A DNA stretch of 64,000 bases from a virus (IMGVR_UViG_3300037628_000643:40022-104021); one strand, 5' to 3'. Shown: positions 38,524-48,984, numbered from the stretch's first letter. Numbers and translations are program-made. The notes: a model not told the origin generated them from the letters alone.

Positions 38524-40116
38524 TTGGCAATATTTACAAATGACGAACTAATAGAAATAGAACGCCTCTCCGAGCAAGAGGGTCGTTCTAGCAGGTACAT
38601 AGCAACAGTTTTTGGATGTGGTAAGAGTACAATTTCTGATTTTCTCAGAGGCGATACGTATGCAGAATATCGGGAATCAAAGAAACCGACAGCCTCTGGA
38701 TCAATATCTGAGCCATACAAAAAAAGAAGACGACTGTCAGGAAGTAAGTTTGTCTTTACTTCTGCTCAAAACAATACGTATGTCCATGACAATTTTCTAA
38801 AATCACTCGAAGGATATTGTATTGATAATGATGCACAACTCATAGTCGGTACTTTTCATTATAATAAAAACGCCTATCAAAAACACGATGAGCAAGATGA
38901 TAATTGTTGGTTTGATCCAAAAATAAGAAAGTACATTCTTGATGAGGATATGGATATCGCTGATGATTTGATGTGGTGTGGAGAGCTTGATATTAATCCA
39001 ACGGCAGTGAATCCTATGACTGGCTTTCATAGCTATACAAAGCAGTCATGCGGCATTATTCCTCATGTAAAGGTGCAGCTAGAGAGCGTTCCTACTCCAA
39101 AGTACTTGGATGCAAAGATTCTTTATACTACAGGAGCGATAACGCAAAGAAACTATATTCAAAGAAAAACAGGGCAAATAGCATCTTTTCATCATATTTT
39201 TGGCGCATTGGTCGTTGAAGTTGATGAAGATGGAGATTGGTTTGCTCGTCAGCTTTCCGCAGAGTCAGATACAGGTGAGTTTTACGACCTTGATAGAAAA
39301 TATACACCTCATGGATCTGAGTTTTTAGATCACATTAAGGCTGTTAATTGGGGAGATATTCACGCTGCAAACCTAAACAAAACAGTTGCCAATGTAAGTT
39401 GGGGGTCAAACGACTCGATGCTCGACACACTAAAACCTAGACATCAGTTTCTACACGATGTATTTGATATGAATTATCGGAATCACCACAATATTAAGAA
39501 TGCTTATTTTAGATATAAAATGTTTATAGATGGGACAGAAAGTGTTCGAGATGAAGTTGAGATGACATCTAATGTTATGCTTGATATGACAAGGGACTTT
39601 TCAGAGATAATTGTCGTTCAGAGCAACCATGACTTGGCACTTAAGAAATGGTTAACCGAACAGGATTATCGAACAGATCCAGTGAACGCAGAGTTTTTTC
39701 TTGAGATGCAACTCGCTTCTTATCAGGCTATTAAAGGCGGCGGTAAGTTTGCCGTATTTGAGCATGCATGCAAGACGATAAATGAGAAATTAATTGACGT
39801 AAGATTCTTGGGTGAGGATGAGTCGTTCATTGTTTGTGGCGATATCGAGTGTGGACAACATGGCGCGAATGGAAATTCAGGAGCCAGAGGGTCTGTGCGA
39901 GCATTTCAGCTTCAAGGTCGCAGGTTCAATGTGGGTCATTCTCATTCAATTTCGATAAAAGATGGCGTCTATACAGCAGGCGCATGTATGTCTGCAGAAG
40001 AAACATCTTACGCAAAAGGAGGTGGAAGCTGGAGCTTTGGACACATCATTACCTATCCAAATGGCAAACGTGCAATTATTTCTATTAAGAACGGAAAGTG
40101 GCGAAAAAATGATTGA
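38524..40116 (+). CDS. HTH-fused calcineurin-like metallophosphoesterase
   Basis: HTH (SSRYIATVFGCGKSTISDFL); GDIH, HDVFD, SNHD, QHG, GHSH; TTG start after GGAG. Confidence 0.75.
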   Translation: MAIFTNDELIEIERLSEQEGRSSRYIATVFGCGKSTISDFLRGDTYAEYRESKKPTASGSISEPYKKRRRLSGSKFVFTSAQNNTYVHDNFLKSLEGYCIDNDAQLIVGTFHYNKNAYQKHDEQDDNCWFDPKIRKYILDEDMDIADDLMWCGELDINPTAVNPMTGFHSYTKQSCGIIPHVKVQLESVPTPKYLDAKILYTTGAITQRNYIQRKTGQIASFHHIFGALVVEVDEDGDWFARQLSAESDTGEFYDLDRKYTPHGSEFLDHIKAVNWGDIHAANLNKTVANVSWGSNDSMLDTLKPRHQFLHDVFDMNYRNHHNIKNAYFRYKMFIDGTESVRDEVEMTSNVMLDMTRDFSEIIVVQSNHDLALKKWLTEQDYRTDPVNAEFFLEMQLASYQAIKGGGKFAVFEHACKTINEKLIDVRFLGEDESFIVCGDIECGQHGANGNSGARGSVRAFQLQGRRFNVGHSHSISIKDGVYTAGACMSAEETSYAKGGGSWSFGHIITYPNGKRAIISIKNGKWRKND

Positions 40117-40148
40117 CAACAAGGCTACATTCGTGTAGCCTTTGTTTT
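40113..40148 (+). promoter_or_regulatory. Promoter overlapping a UUCG-loop terminator hairpin
   Basis: TTGACA-N17-TAGCCT; AAGGCTACA-ttcg-TGTAGCCTT. Confidence 0.65.
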
Positions 40149-40174
40149 AATTATTGAATTTGAGGAGGTTAATT

Positions 40175-40435
40175 ATGAAGATTGCAAAAGTGTACGATCC
40201 CAAAACTAACCAAGTGACAGCTTGGAGTCAGGTTTTTCATGTAAGTTGGTGGTGCGAATGGATATCAATAGATGCTGACGGAGAAATAGTTTTCTGGGAG
40301 GATAAACCGATAGCAAGGGCTGATAGCTGGGTTGGGTATGGAGACATAATATACAAAACAAAACACTACGGGAAAGCTGAAGATTTTGGAGATTGGCGCA
40401 AGTGCTTAGTGCGTATTGGTGACAAGGAATTTTAA
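40175..40435 (+). CDS. Hypothetical protein
   Basis: GAGGAGG RBS; WISIDADG...KP...W motif. Confidence 0.6.
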   Translation: MKIAKVYDPKTNQVTAWSQVFHVSWWCEWISIDADGEIVFWEDKPIARADSWVGYGDIIYKTKHYGKAEDFGDWRKCLVRIGDKEF

Positions 40436-40437
40436 TA

Positions 40438-40632
40438 ATGGCACTCCCATGCAATCGTGAGGCGACAGACTTTATTGTAAAGAAAATACTGGAAAACGAA
40501 TGCTTTTTTACAAAAATTATATCTCAAAGTTTTTATTTTTTCAGAGAAATATTTGACAAGACGCCCCATAGTGAGTTAAGGTGGGATTGTATGAGTAATG
40601 AAGCCATGAGAACAACGATGTTGGAGTTTTGA
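40438..40632 (+). CDS. Hypothetical protein
   Basis: ORF in operon. Confidence 0.45.
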   Translation: MALPCNREATDFIVKKILENECFFTKIISQSFYFFREIFDKTPHSELRWDCMSNEAMRTTMLEF

Positions 40633-40645
40633 ATAGGAGGAGATT

Positions 40646-41008
40646 ATGGATTTTGACGAAATTAGCGATGCACAAATAGCAAAATCAGTTGGCGAAAGTT
40701 TAGGTCATGTATGCGTAATTAAAGATGATGAATGCTTGATTATTAGCCGCCCTAAATCACGCAAGCCACTCAAAAGGCGAACAATAACTACAAAATTCGA
40801 TCCTTGTAATGTATGGAATGACGCTGGGCCTATTATCGTTAATGGCTGTATCGAGCTGACGCCTTTATTTCGAGGTGCGTGGTGCGCAAGCAAAATAGAT
40901 AATTATACATATGATGAAGCTCCAATATATGGCGACAACCAGTATGTTGATGAGAATCCATTGCGTGCAGCTATGATCGTTTTTCTTATGATGCAGGAAA
41001 ACAAATGA
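40646..41008 (+). CDS. NinX-family protein
   Basis: FDPCN.W.DAGPII and NPLRAAMIVFLMM. Confidence 0.75.
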   Translation: MDFDEISDAQIAKSVGESLGHVCVIKDDECLIISRPKSRKPLKRRTITTKFDPCNVWNDAGPIIVNGCIELTPLFRGAWCASKIDNYTYDEAPIYGDNQYVDENPLRAAMIVFLMMQENK

Positions 41009-41502
41009 GCACCGTATACTTTATCTCTGACACGCATTTTGGTCACAGAAACATTTGCAAGTACAGAACAGAATTTAACTCTGCCGAAGAGCATGATGAG
41101 TTTGTGTTCGACAATATTATGTCAACTGGAAGTAAGCGGGATACGCTCTGGATGCTAGGTGATCTATTTTTCACTGAAGAATCAATAAAAAAATTTGACG
41201 AGATAAACAATAAATTCAACTGTGTCAACGTTATTTTTGGTAATCATTGTACCGAGGGTAAAGGAAAAATTATTAGCAAATACATAGCTAATAATTGCAA
41301 TCGGTTTGGATCTATGTTTAAGTATAAGGGTTTCTGGTTGACTCATGCACCGATACACGCAAATGAACTGAGAGGAAAGTATAATATTCATGGGCATACG
41401 CATCATCATATTATTGATGATCATCGGTATATAAATGTTTCCGTTGAGAATATTAATTATAAGCCAATTTCATATAACGAGATAATGGAGAGAGTGAAAT
41501 GA
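41005..41502 (+). CDS. Calcineurin-like phosphoesterase
   Basis: SDTHFGH, LGD, GNH, THAP, HGHTH. Confidence 0.88.
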   Translation: MSTVYFISDTHFGHRNICKYRTEFNSAEEHDEFVFDNIMSTGSKRDTLWMLGDLFFTEESIKKFDEINNKFNCVNVIFGNHCTEGKGKIISKYIANNCNRFGSMFKYKGFWLTHAPIHANELRGKYNIHGHTHHHIIDDHRYINVSVENINYKPISYNEIMERVK

Positions 41503-41816
41503 AGAATATATTGTATGAAAATACACATGGACTAATAGAGTTTCTTATTGAGATAGGAGAGGATGTGGAGTACTCAATGCAATTTAAGGTTTTCGAAGTG
41601 ACCAGCCGGAATTTAGATGACTCTCCGTATGGTATGGAAGAATATTTAACTGGATCAGTTAAGTGGGACGGATGTTCGAATTTTAATTTCGGAGACGAGG
41701 GATATATTCATCTTTGTGGAAAGAGTGGGATTATTACTCATAACTTTATAGTCAGTAAAGTATTTGAGCTGGCTGAAAGCACTATAACCAATTTTGATAT
41801 GGATGTTGCGTATTAG
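41499..41816 (+). CDS. Hypothetical protein
   Basis: VKWDGCS...HLCG motif. Confidence 0.6.
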   Translation: MKNILYENTHGLIEFLIEIGEDVEYSMQFKVFEVTSRNLDDSPYGMEEYLTGSVKWDGCSNFNFGDEGYIHLCGKSGIITHNFIVSKVFELAESTITNFDMDVAY

Positions 41817-41840
41817 CAGGATATCGATAGGAGAATAATT

Positions 41841-42041
41841 ATGCGATTAATCGAAGATCTACACAATCAGATATTTGAAATACAAGACAAGATAAAGACA
41901 ATACAGAGCCAGTGTTCACATCCAGAGTCTGCTGTCGAGTCTAAAAATAGTTCTGCTACGGGAGACCCCTATAGTAATGATGAATATTGGACAGATAACC
42001 ATTGTCAGTTGTGCGGTAAAAAATGGCGCGGAAAACAGTGA
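41841..42041 (+). CDS. Small Zn-binding protein
   Basis: CSH...CQLCGK. Confidence 0.55.
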   Translation: MRLIEDLHNQIFEIQDKIKTIQSQCSHPESAVESKNSSATGDPYSNDEYWTDNHCQLCGKKWRGKQ

Positions 42042-42051
42042 GGAGGAAAAT

Positions 42052-42315
42052 ATGAGCTATACAATCGAAATGTACTATAAGGGTTCATTAGTGTTTCGTT
42101 TTCCTTACAGTAGCGCACAATCTATAAATGACGTTGAGATCTTTCGCGGTTCCGATGCAAGGGATTTTTATAATGATGTGCGGCGTAATAATATGCCGTA
42201 TACGAGCAATTGGTCTATATGGAGCGAATTAGCAGATGTTGATCTTGATAGACTTCGTCTGTTTTTGATGCCTATTCGTAAGATGCCGAATCGCAAAAGC
42301 AGGAGGCTAGTGTGA
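42052..42315 (+). CDS. Hypothetical protein
   Basis: GAGGAGG RBS before ATG 42052. Confidence 0.55.
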   Translation: MSYTIEMYYKGSLVFRFPYSSAQSINDVEIFRGSDARDFYNDVRRNNMPYTSNWSIWSELADVDLDRLRLFLMPIRKMPNRKSRRLV

Positions 42316-42692
42316 GAGAAATTAAATTTAGAGGTTGGTTCCAAGGAAAGATGTACTACAGGACATTACATGATCAATCTTGGGTCGCTGATCGAGATAG
42401 TGTTCTACCTGTAGTATATAGTGATGATGATAAATTTGAAATCATGCAGTATATAGGATTAAAAAACAGTAAGGGTGTCGAGGTATTTGACGGTGATATT
42501 ATAAAGATGGAAGGTGTAGAGCCTACTGAAGTATTTTATTCTAACCCTGATTTTGGGTATGTAGTCTGGATAGAGTCTATGCAGGCGTATATGTCTATGG
42601 CATTTCTTAATGGTTACAAAAATTTTGAAGTGATCGGTAATAAATTTGAGAACCCAGAACTGATAACTAATAATGATGATATAGGAGGCTAG
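42312..42692 (+). CDS. YopX-family protein
   Basis: REIKFRGW, MQYIGLKN.KG.EVFDGDII, EVIGN.FENPEL. Confidence 0.85.
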   Translation: MREIKFRGWFQGKMYYRTLHDQSWVADRDSVLPVVYSDDDKFEIMQYIGLKNSKGVEVFDGDIIKMEGVEPTEVFYSNPDFGYVVWIESMQAYMSMAFLNGYKNFEVIGNKFENPELITNNDDIGG

Positions 42693-42693
42693 C

Positions 42694-42918
42694 ATGGAAG
42701 AGAATGGTGTACACAAAGAAACATTTTTCCAAAGTGCCAGCGATGGAATCCCGTCTCATTGGGTTGTTTTCTATTGGCCTGAAGACTTACACCCAATGCA
42801 TGACACACATGAAGCTGAGTATTTTGGAGACTATAAAAAAGCGCAAGAGTTTGAGGCTTCATTACAGGCTTTTGATGATTGGTGTTCAGTTCAAGAAGAG
42901 CCGCTTGCAGTTCAATGA
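42694..42918 (+). CDS. Hypothetical protein
   Basis: AGGAGG RBS. Confidence 0.5.
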   Translation: MEENGVHKETFFQSASDGIPSHWVVFYWPEDLHPMHDTHEAEYFGDYKKAQEFEASLQAFDDWCSVQEEPLAVQ

Positions 42919-42934
42919 TATGGAGGAGAATAAC

Positions 42935-43135
42935 ATGAAACAAACACCAGTAACGCCTCAGATTTCAGATTGCTTTTGTGGCTCCAAAGCAAAAGCAATC
43001 GATTGGGATTTCAAAGATATGTGGCAAGTTATGTGCGATAAAAATCATACGCTTACAAAAGAATGCGGAACTAGGCATAGAGCGACCTGTCTTTGGAATA
43101 ATAGGATAGCAGAAATAATTGGTGTAGGAGAATGA
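42935..43135 (+). CDS. Lar-like (restriction alleviation) Zn-finger protein
   Basis: CFCG...V.C...A...WNNR pattern; GGAGGAG RBS. Confidence 0.55.
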   Translation: MKQTPVTPQISDCFCGSKAKAIDWDFKDMWQVMCDKNHTLTKECGTRHRATCLWNNRIAEIIGVGE

Positions 43136-43136
43136 T

Positions 43137-43400
43137 ATGACAACACATTATACAGTAGTTTATACAATCCATGATAGAGAAGCTTTTGAAGAAACGCGGA
43201 AAAGGCTGAATGCAGACATGAAACCTTCTGAAGGTGAGCCGTTCGCAATTACAGCTATTAGTTGTGATCATGAAATACAAAGATGCCACTGGTATGAAGT
43301 GGCTTCAGAGACAGTTGATGATGATTTGCTCAGGGACACGATGGATGACATTGCTTCTCGCGTAGATATTGGAAGTATCGAATCTTTGGATGACCTTTAA
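43137..43400 (+). CDS. Hypothetical protein
   Basis: AGGAG RBS. Confidence 0.55.
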   Translation: MTTHYTVVYTIHDREAFEETRKRLNADMKPSEGEPFAITAISCDHEIQRCHWYEVASETVDDDLLRDTMDDIASRVDIGSIESLDDL

Positions 43401-43426
43401 TTCATTTATACATAGGAGATAAAAAT

Positions 43427-43621
43427 ATGGGCGAGTATCTTAAAGAAATTAACCATAAATGGAGCGATAATAACATGTGTGGCTCTTACAAAGATGGTAA
43501 GGGCAAAAACTTTCGCCTCTTATTGCTTGGTAGTGGCAATCCTAATATGTCACTAAAGAAAAAGGATGTTATTGCTTTAGCCAAATATTTCAACCTCACG
43601 CAAGAGGATATAAGACAATGA
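43427..43621 (+). CDS. Hypothetical protein
   Basis: AGGAG RBS. Confidence 0.55.
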   Translation: MGEYLKEINHKWSDNNMCGSYKDGKGKNFRLLLLGSGNPNMSLKKKDVIALAKYFNLTQEDIRQ

Positions 43622-43896
43622 AATATTTACCTCACATAACAGATTGTGAGGACACCTGCTGGCACCTGCTGGAGATGCATTTTTGTATTGACTTCGGTGG
43701 AAGGCAGATACAGATGGAATTCCAGAGAGAAGAAGAAGGTAACTACATTACTAAATCAGCTACATTCTACTATCTTGAAAATTCATTTGAGACAGAAATC
43801 GATGTAGATAGATCATCAGATGAGACTCAGAAAATGTTTGGCATCTTTGATGCTGCTTTCGGTGCTTTCGCTGAATATGATGTTAAGGAGGATTGA
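43618..43896 (+). CDS. Hypothetical protein
   Basis: ATGA coupling. Confidence 0.55.
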   Translation: MKYLPHITDCEDTCWHLLEMHFCIDFGGRQIQMEFQREEEGNYITKSATFYYLENSFETEIDVDRSSDETQKMFGIFDAAFGAFAEYDVKED

Positions 43897-43898
43897 TC

Positions 43899-44075
43899 AT
43901 GAGTAACAAGGTAGTAAAGAGGCTTGTTGGAGCAATAGAGCACTCTTGTAGAAATTGTGTTTTTGACGATGACGATATTGCTTGTATTGCTACAGACTGT
44001 ACCGATGATGAATGCGAGTGTATTTATGTTTTCAGCGATACGGACAATCTCACACCAGAAGACATAAACCAATGA
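43899..44075 (+). CDS. Small Cys-rich protein
   Basis: AGGAGG RBS; CRNCVF...C...C..CEC. Confidence 0.5.
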   Translation: MSNKVVKRLVGAIEHSCRNCVFDDDDIACIATDCTDDECECIYVFSDTDNLTPEDINQ

Positions 44076-44266
44076 AGGATTGCAATAGCTGTAGATATAG
44101 GCCATGCACGTCCATCTCTGAGTATTGCTTGCAAATTTTAAGTAAGCAGCAAATAAAAGACGCATTAAGTGGAAAAGAATGCAGCTTGTTCAAATGGCCT
44201 TTAGACTCTGACGGTAATGAAGTCAAGGGCAGTGAAGCCTATTTGTATTATGAGAGATTAGACTAA
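44072..44266 (+). CDS. Small Cys-rich protein
   Basis: ATGA coupling; CNSC..PC. Confidence 0.5.
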   Translation: MKDCNSCRYRPCTSISEYCLQILSKQQIKDALSGKECSLFKWPLDSDGNEVKGSEAYLYYERLD

Positions 44267-44467
44267 CAATTTAACAGGAGAAACAAAATGAAAACATTTG
44301 AATGTATTGAAGATGGAGTTGTGCCAAAAGAATTTTATGAGGCAGAAAAGAATGGGTTGATTCAGGTTTTTACTGCAATCGGTTGGATTGATGTCGATGA
44401 AACTGAGTTTAGGAATTCACTGCTGTATAGAATTAAAGAAGACTAATATTTTAACAGGAGAAACAAA
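44260..44467 (+). repeat. 28-bp direct repeat (stop + RBS) flanking a 52-aa ORF
   Basis: AGACTAAcAaTTTAACAGGAGAAACAAA (44260-44287) and AGACTAAtAtTTTAACAGGAGAAACAAA (44440-44467). Confidence 0.85.
44288..44446 (+). CDS. Small hypothetical protein (52 aa, not in the ORF track)
   Basis: ATG after AGGAG; MKTFECIEDG...YRIKED*. Confidence 0.6.
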   Translation: MKTFECIEDGVVPKEFYEAEKNGLIQVFTAIGWIDVDETEFRNSLLYRIKED

Positions 44468-44808
44468 TGATATATATCGCATCACCGTACACATCGGTAT
44501 TGCCGAACAAGAACGGAATTAATGTAATGCAACGCCGTTATGAGGTTGTTATGGAATTCGTTGCAAATAATCTTGAGATGCCATTTTTCAGTCCGATACT
44601 CTATTGCCATGAAATGGCAAAGAAGTACGAGCTGCCAAAAACATTTGGTTACTGGCAAAAATTAAATCATCATTATATTGATATATCCACTGAGGTGTGG
44701 GTATTAAAAATGAATGGCTGGGAGGAGTCTAAAGGTGTTAGTGATGAAATACAATACGCAACAGAGATAGGTAAGAATGTTATTTACGTTAAAATGGAGG
44801 ATTTATGA
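44467..44808 (+). CDS. DUF1937 / nucleoside deoxyribosyltransferase-like protein
   Basis: IYIASPY, FSPI..H, GWEESKGV..EI. Confidence 0.75.
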   Translation: MIYIASPYTSVLPNKNGINVMQRRYEVVMEFVANNLEMPFFSPILYCHEMAKKYELPKTFGYWQKLNHHYIDISTEVWVLKMNGWEESKGVSDEIQYATEIGKNVIYVKMEDL

Positions 44809-45953
44809 GTTATAGAATTAAAAGCATTAATGAGGAAAAGAAGTTAGCAGCATTACTTTCGTATAATTCAGTTGAGCTTTTTAAGGAAGCAGGATGTATT
44901 ATTGCTGGAGGCGCGATAACTTCTGTGTTTACAAACCAAGAAGTTAATGATATTGATGTGTATTTTAAATCTGAGGAGAGCTTGTTTCGAACATTAGCTT
45001 CTATCTTTTGTGCGGAAGAATATCACAACTTTACAGAGATGGAACAGTTTGAATTTATCTATAATGGCAGTAGTCTTCGGACGCTGATGTTTCAGTGCGA
45101 AGGGCAGCAAGAAGTTCAGTTCATGACATTCAAATATTTTGATTCAGCAGAGGATATTTTTGAAGCATTTGATTTTACATGTTGTATGGGTGCTTTCGAC
45201 TGCGCCTCTGGCGAATTTGTGCTTCATGATGACTTTATGAAACATAACTCACAAAGATATCTTAAGTTCAATAATGGGACAGATTACCCGTTAATGTCAC
45301 TTTTGCGTGTTGATAAATACCGGAAAAAGGGCTTTTCAATATCAAAAGCTGAACTGCTTCGCGTTGCATTTTCATGTATGTCATTGAATATTTCGACATG
45401 GGAAGAGCTACGAAATCATATTGGTGGTATGTACGGGTATGATATGAGTGATGTTTTTGACGAAACTCAAGACTTTGATATCGCTAATGCTTGTGATCAG
45501 CTGAGCAACCTTGACGAGAAAGACATTAAGGTAATCGTTCTGGATGATAAAAACTTAAGTTTGTTTAAAATAGCTGAAAAGTTTTGTGATATCGAGATAG
45601 ACAATAAAGAGGAGGTTTTCGATGACAAGAAGTACATTTACAAATGCGTAAATTCAGCTTGGAAGTCACCGATATCAAGCTCTAAGATATCCTATAAGGA
45701 GGGCGATATTATTGACACGAAAAATACTGGCAAGCTGTTTTTTAATAAAAATTCAGATAACTTGTATTTTGAGTCATGTTATTGGGTTGAGGCCGAGATA
45801 ATATCTGGAGATTCAGAGCCTTTAGAAAATAATAATGAGAAAATAGTTATAAACGGGCAGATAAAAATAGTCAGGACTTTTATTTATGACCGTAGAAATG
45901 GTGAAAAAATACAGAAAATTATGGATAAGTATTTAATAGATTTTGATGAGTAG
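44805..45953 (+). CDS. Pol-beta superfamily nucleotidyltransferase (CCA/poly(A) polymerase-like head)
   Basis: IAGGAI...NDIDVYF, FDFTCCM, R..KY..KGF. Confidence 0.7.
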   Translation: MSYRIKSINEEKKLAALLSYNSVELFKEAGCIIAGGAITSVFTNQEVNDIDVYFKSEESLFRTLASIFCAEEYHNFTEMEQFEFIYNGSSLRTLMFQCEGQQEVQFMTFKYFDSAEDIFEAFDFTCCMGAFDCASGEFVLHDDFMKHNSQRYLKFNNGTDYPLMSLLRVDKYRKKGFSISKAELLRVAFSCMSLNISTWEELRNHIGGMYGYDMSDVFDETQDFDIANACDQLSNLDEKDIKVIVLDDKNLSLFKIAEKFCDIEIDNKEEVFDDKKYIYKCVNSAWKSPISSSKISYKEGDIIDTKNTGKLFFNKNSDNLYFESCYWVEAEIISGDSEPLENNNEKIVINGQIKIVRTFIYDRRNGEKIQKIMDKYLIDFDE

Positions 45954-45992
45954 TGTTATAATACACGACCAAAAAACAACATAAGGAACAAC

Positions 45993-46241
45993 ATGAACTT
46001 AATTCTTTTTAGTGCGCCTGCGTGGTGCACTCCTTGTAAGATGCTTAAAAAATACGCAGATGAGAATAACGTTGAGTTCACTGCAATATATGATATTGAT
46101 ACAGAAGAAGGTGCAGCTATCGCTCAAAAATACGCCGTGAGAGGTGTGCCAATGGTGATTAGGTTGGATGATGACGTGGAAAAAGGAAGGTTACTAGGTA
46201 TGGATATTAATAAGTTTAATGAATTGAGGAATGCAAGTTGA
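45993..46241 (+). CDS. Thioredoxin/glutaredoxin-like RNR reductant
   Basis: WCTPC, VRGVP; coupled to nrdJ. Confidence 0.85.
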   Translation: MNLILFSAPAWCTPCKMLKKYADENNVEFTAIYDIDTEEGAAIAQKYAVRGVPMVIRLDDDVEKGRLLGMDINKFNELRNAS

Positions 46242-47165
46242 GAACAGAGTTTACAAATGACTTCTCAGAAGAAGTATGGGCGTCAACATATAAGTACCAT
46301 AAAGATAAAAATGTTGACGATACATTAATGCGAGTAGCCAAGGCTGCAGCATCCGTAGAAAAAACAGAAGCAAAGAAGGAGGAATGGACTGAAAAGTTTT
46401 ACGATATGCTTGGTGGCTTCAAGAATACATCAGGTGGTCGCATATATGCAAATGCCGGTACTGATTATAATGGAGTCACACTTCTGAATTGCTATGTTGG
46501 CCCAGAGGTTACAGGCACTAAAGACAGCTTGGATGGCATACTTAAAGTCTTAAGAGATCAGGCGCAGACATTAAAATCAGAAGGAGGCTGGGGTTATAAT
46601 TTTAGCTTCATACGGCCCCGTGGAGCATTTATATATGGCGTTGGAGTAGAAACGCCTGGAGCCGTGCGATACATGGAGCTCTTTGATAAGTCCTCAGATA
46701 TTATAACTTCAGGAAGTGGGCTTAATGGCTCTGATAATAAGAATAAAAAAGGAAAGATTCGCAAGGGAGCTATGATGTCAGTTTTGGACTGTGCCCATCC
46801 CGACGTGATTGAGTTTATACAGGCGAAACAAACATCTGGCAGATTGTCAAAATTTAATATGTCTGTTAATTGCACTGATGAGTTTATGAATCTAGTTGCT
46901 AAAAACGATGACTCATTAGATTGGGATTTGATTTTTCCAGAAACAACACACCCTAATTATGACGAAGAATGGAAGGGTGATCTATCTGATTGGATAGAAA
47001 AAGGCTATCCAGTAAAGGTGTACAAAACAGTAAAAGTCCAGTGGTTATGGAATTTGATTATGGAGTCAACGTATAACAGAGCCGAGCCTGGAGTGCTTTT
47101 TTTAGATAGAGCAAATGATCTTAATGAGCTTAATTATTTGGTAAAAATAGTCGCGAGTAACCCGT
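46238..47165 (+). CDS. nrdJ: Class II (B12-dependent) ribonucleotide reductase, exon 1
   Basis: GGRI.ANAG, LLNCYV, GG.GYNFS.IRP.G, RKGAMM, HPD, EPGVLF.D, SNP. Confidence 0.9.
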
Positions 47166-47395
47166 TAAACCTAGCGGCCTGATGTAGTGATGCATCTTGA
47201 ATAACCCTGAATATCGGTGGAAGTCTGGAGGCAGATAATACCGAGACACAAGCGTAATGGCGAGGTCGTAGAGACTACCAAGGGGAATCTTTATAAGATT
47301 GTGGTATAGTCCGATCTGCATTTATAACCTAAAAAGAAGATGCAGAGACTAGCAGAGATGACTAGTCCACTCAGAGATGAGTAGTAACAATAATG
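47166..47395 (+). mobile_element. Group I self-splicing intron (230 nt, no ORF)
   Basis: Exon ends in U; P1 CCGUUA-aacc-UAGCGG with U.G at the splice site; GAGACUA and UAUAGUCC (P7); terminal G; splicing restores NP-C-GEQ. Confidence 0.92.
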
Positions 47396-48984
47396 GTGGT
47401 GAACAACTATTAAGCCCAGCAGGAGTTTGCAATCTTGGTAGTATGAATATTGCAAAATTTGTAAAGAATGGAAAATTAGACAAAGAAGGTATTGAAAAAT
47501 ATGCAAGATACCTAACAAGATTTTTGGATAACATAAACTCACTAACGCTTGCTCCTTTGAAGGAATATAAAGAGTTTGCAGAGAAGTCCAGAAGAATAGG
47601 TGTTGGTATTTTAGGTTGGGCTTCTGCTCTGTACCTAATGAAAACACGATTCGGCTCCGATGAAGCTCAAGCCATACGCGACGACATGATGAAATTAATT
47701 TCTCATACGGTTGTTGATGAGAGTATCAATCTTGCGGAAGAAAAAGGCATGTTCGAATGGTGTGATCCAGAAAAGCATGCAGAAGCTAAGTGGTTTAAAC
47801 AGATTGGATTGCCTCAGTCACAGATTGAAAGAATTAAAAAGGTTGGCATACGAAATAGCTCTTTAATGAGTATTCAGCCTACTGGAAATACTTCTATATT
47901 TGCCAATATCGTATCTGGTGGATTAGAGCCTATTTTTGCAAAAGAATACGTAAGAACAAGTATTGTTAATGATATTCCAGAGAACCTAAAAGGAAAGATG
48001 CCGTCGTACTGGGAAGGCGAATTCGAAGAGACCGATTGGTTTAAAATGGAGAAAGAGGGCGATGATGATATTCTTAAATACACTGATGAAAACGGTATCG
48101 TATTTAAGATTGACAAGTCAAGAGGGTTAACGAAAGAAACTCTTTGCGAAGATTATGCAGTGCATAAAATGAAAGAGTCTGGCGAATGGGATTCGGATGC
48201 TGACTGGGCTGTAGATGCTATGAGTCTGGATGCTGAGCATCATATTAATGACTTTAAAGGTTTTGCTAAATATATAGACTCTGCAATTAGTAAGACAATC
48301 TGTCTTCCATTTGATTACAGTTTTGAGGACTTTAAAAATCTGTATTTAGATGGATACAATACCGGATATATCAAGGGTTTGACTACTTACCGATCTGGAA
48401 CCATGGCATCTGTTCTTTCTGAGAAGAAAGATAATGATGCAAAAGGTATTGATAGTGAGGTTATTATTCCGACTGACGTTAAGCTGCCGGATGACTCTCC
48501 TGCTCGTGTGAAGGTGCTAAGGGCAGAAGGAAGGAAGTGGTACTTAACCGTGACATATCATAACGATACTGATCAGCCGTTTGCCTTGTTTTGCAGAACT
48601 AACAGTAGAGAGAAGTCTGCTCAAACAAGTGACGCTGTTGAGCGGTTTGAATCTCTTGCAAAACGGAAAGGAATCAATATTGAGCATATTGAAAAAACTG
48701 TCGAGAAAACTTCTCACGAGAACAATATCGATAAGCTGACAAGAATGCTTAGCTTACTTCTTAGGCATGGAGTATCAATAAAAAATATTGTTAAAGAAAT
48801 CGATTGCATGGATGACGTTTATGCTGGGTCGTTCCTTTTTCAGATAAAGAAGTTTCTTAGTCATTATATTAAGGATGGAGAAGCTGTCGAAGGAGTTAAA
48901 TGTGAGTCCTGCGGATCTGAAAAAATAGTGTACAGCGAGGGTTGTAGTAAGTGCCTAGAATGTGGGTCAAGTAAATGTAGTTAA
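47396..48984 (+). CDS. nrdJ: Class II ribonucleotide reductase, exon 2 (with C-terminal TSCPD/Zn-ribbon)
   Basis: GEQ.L....CNLGS.N, RRIGVG..G, IQPTG.TS, SGGLEP, DSAISKT, KG.TTYR.G, CESC...EGC..C..CG.SKC. Confidence 0.9.

Noticed and set aside
47182-47377. nrdJ as two genes, a frameshift or a pseudogene
   Set aside because: The gap is fully explained by a group I intron whose removal restores NPCGEQ.
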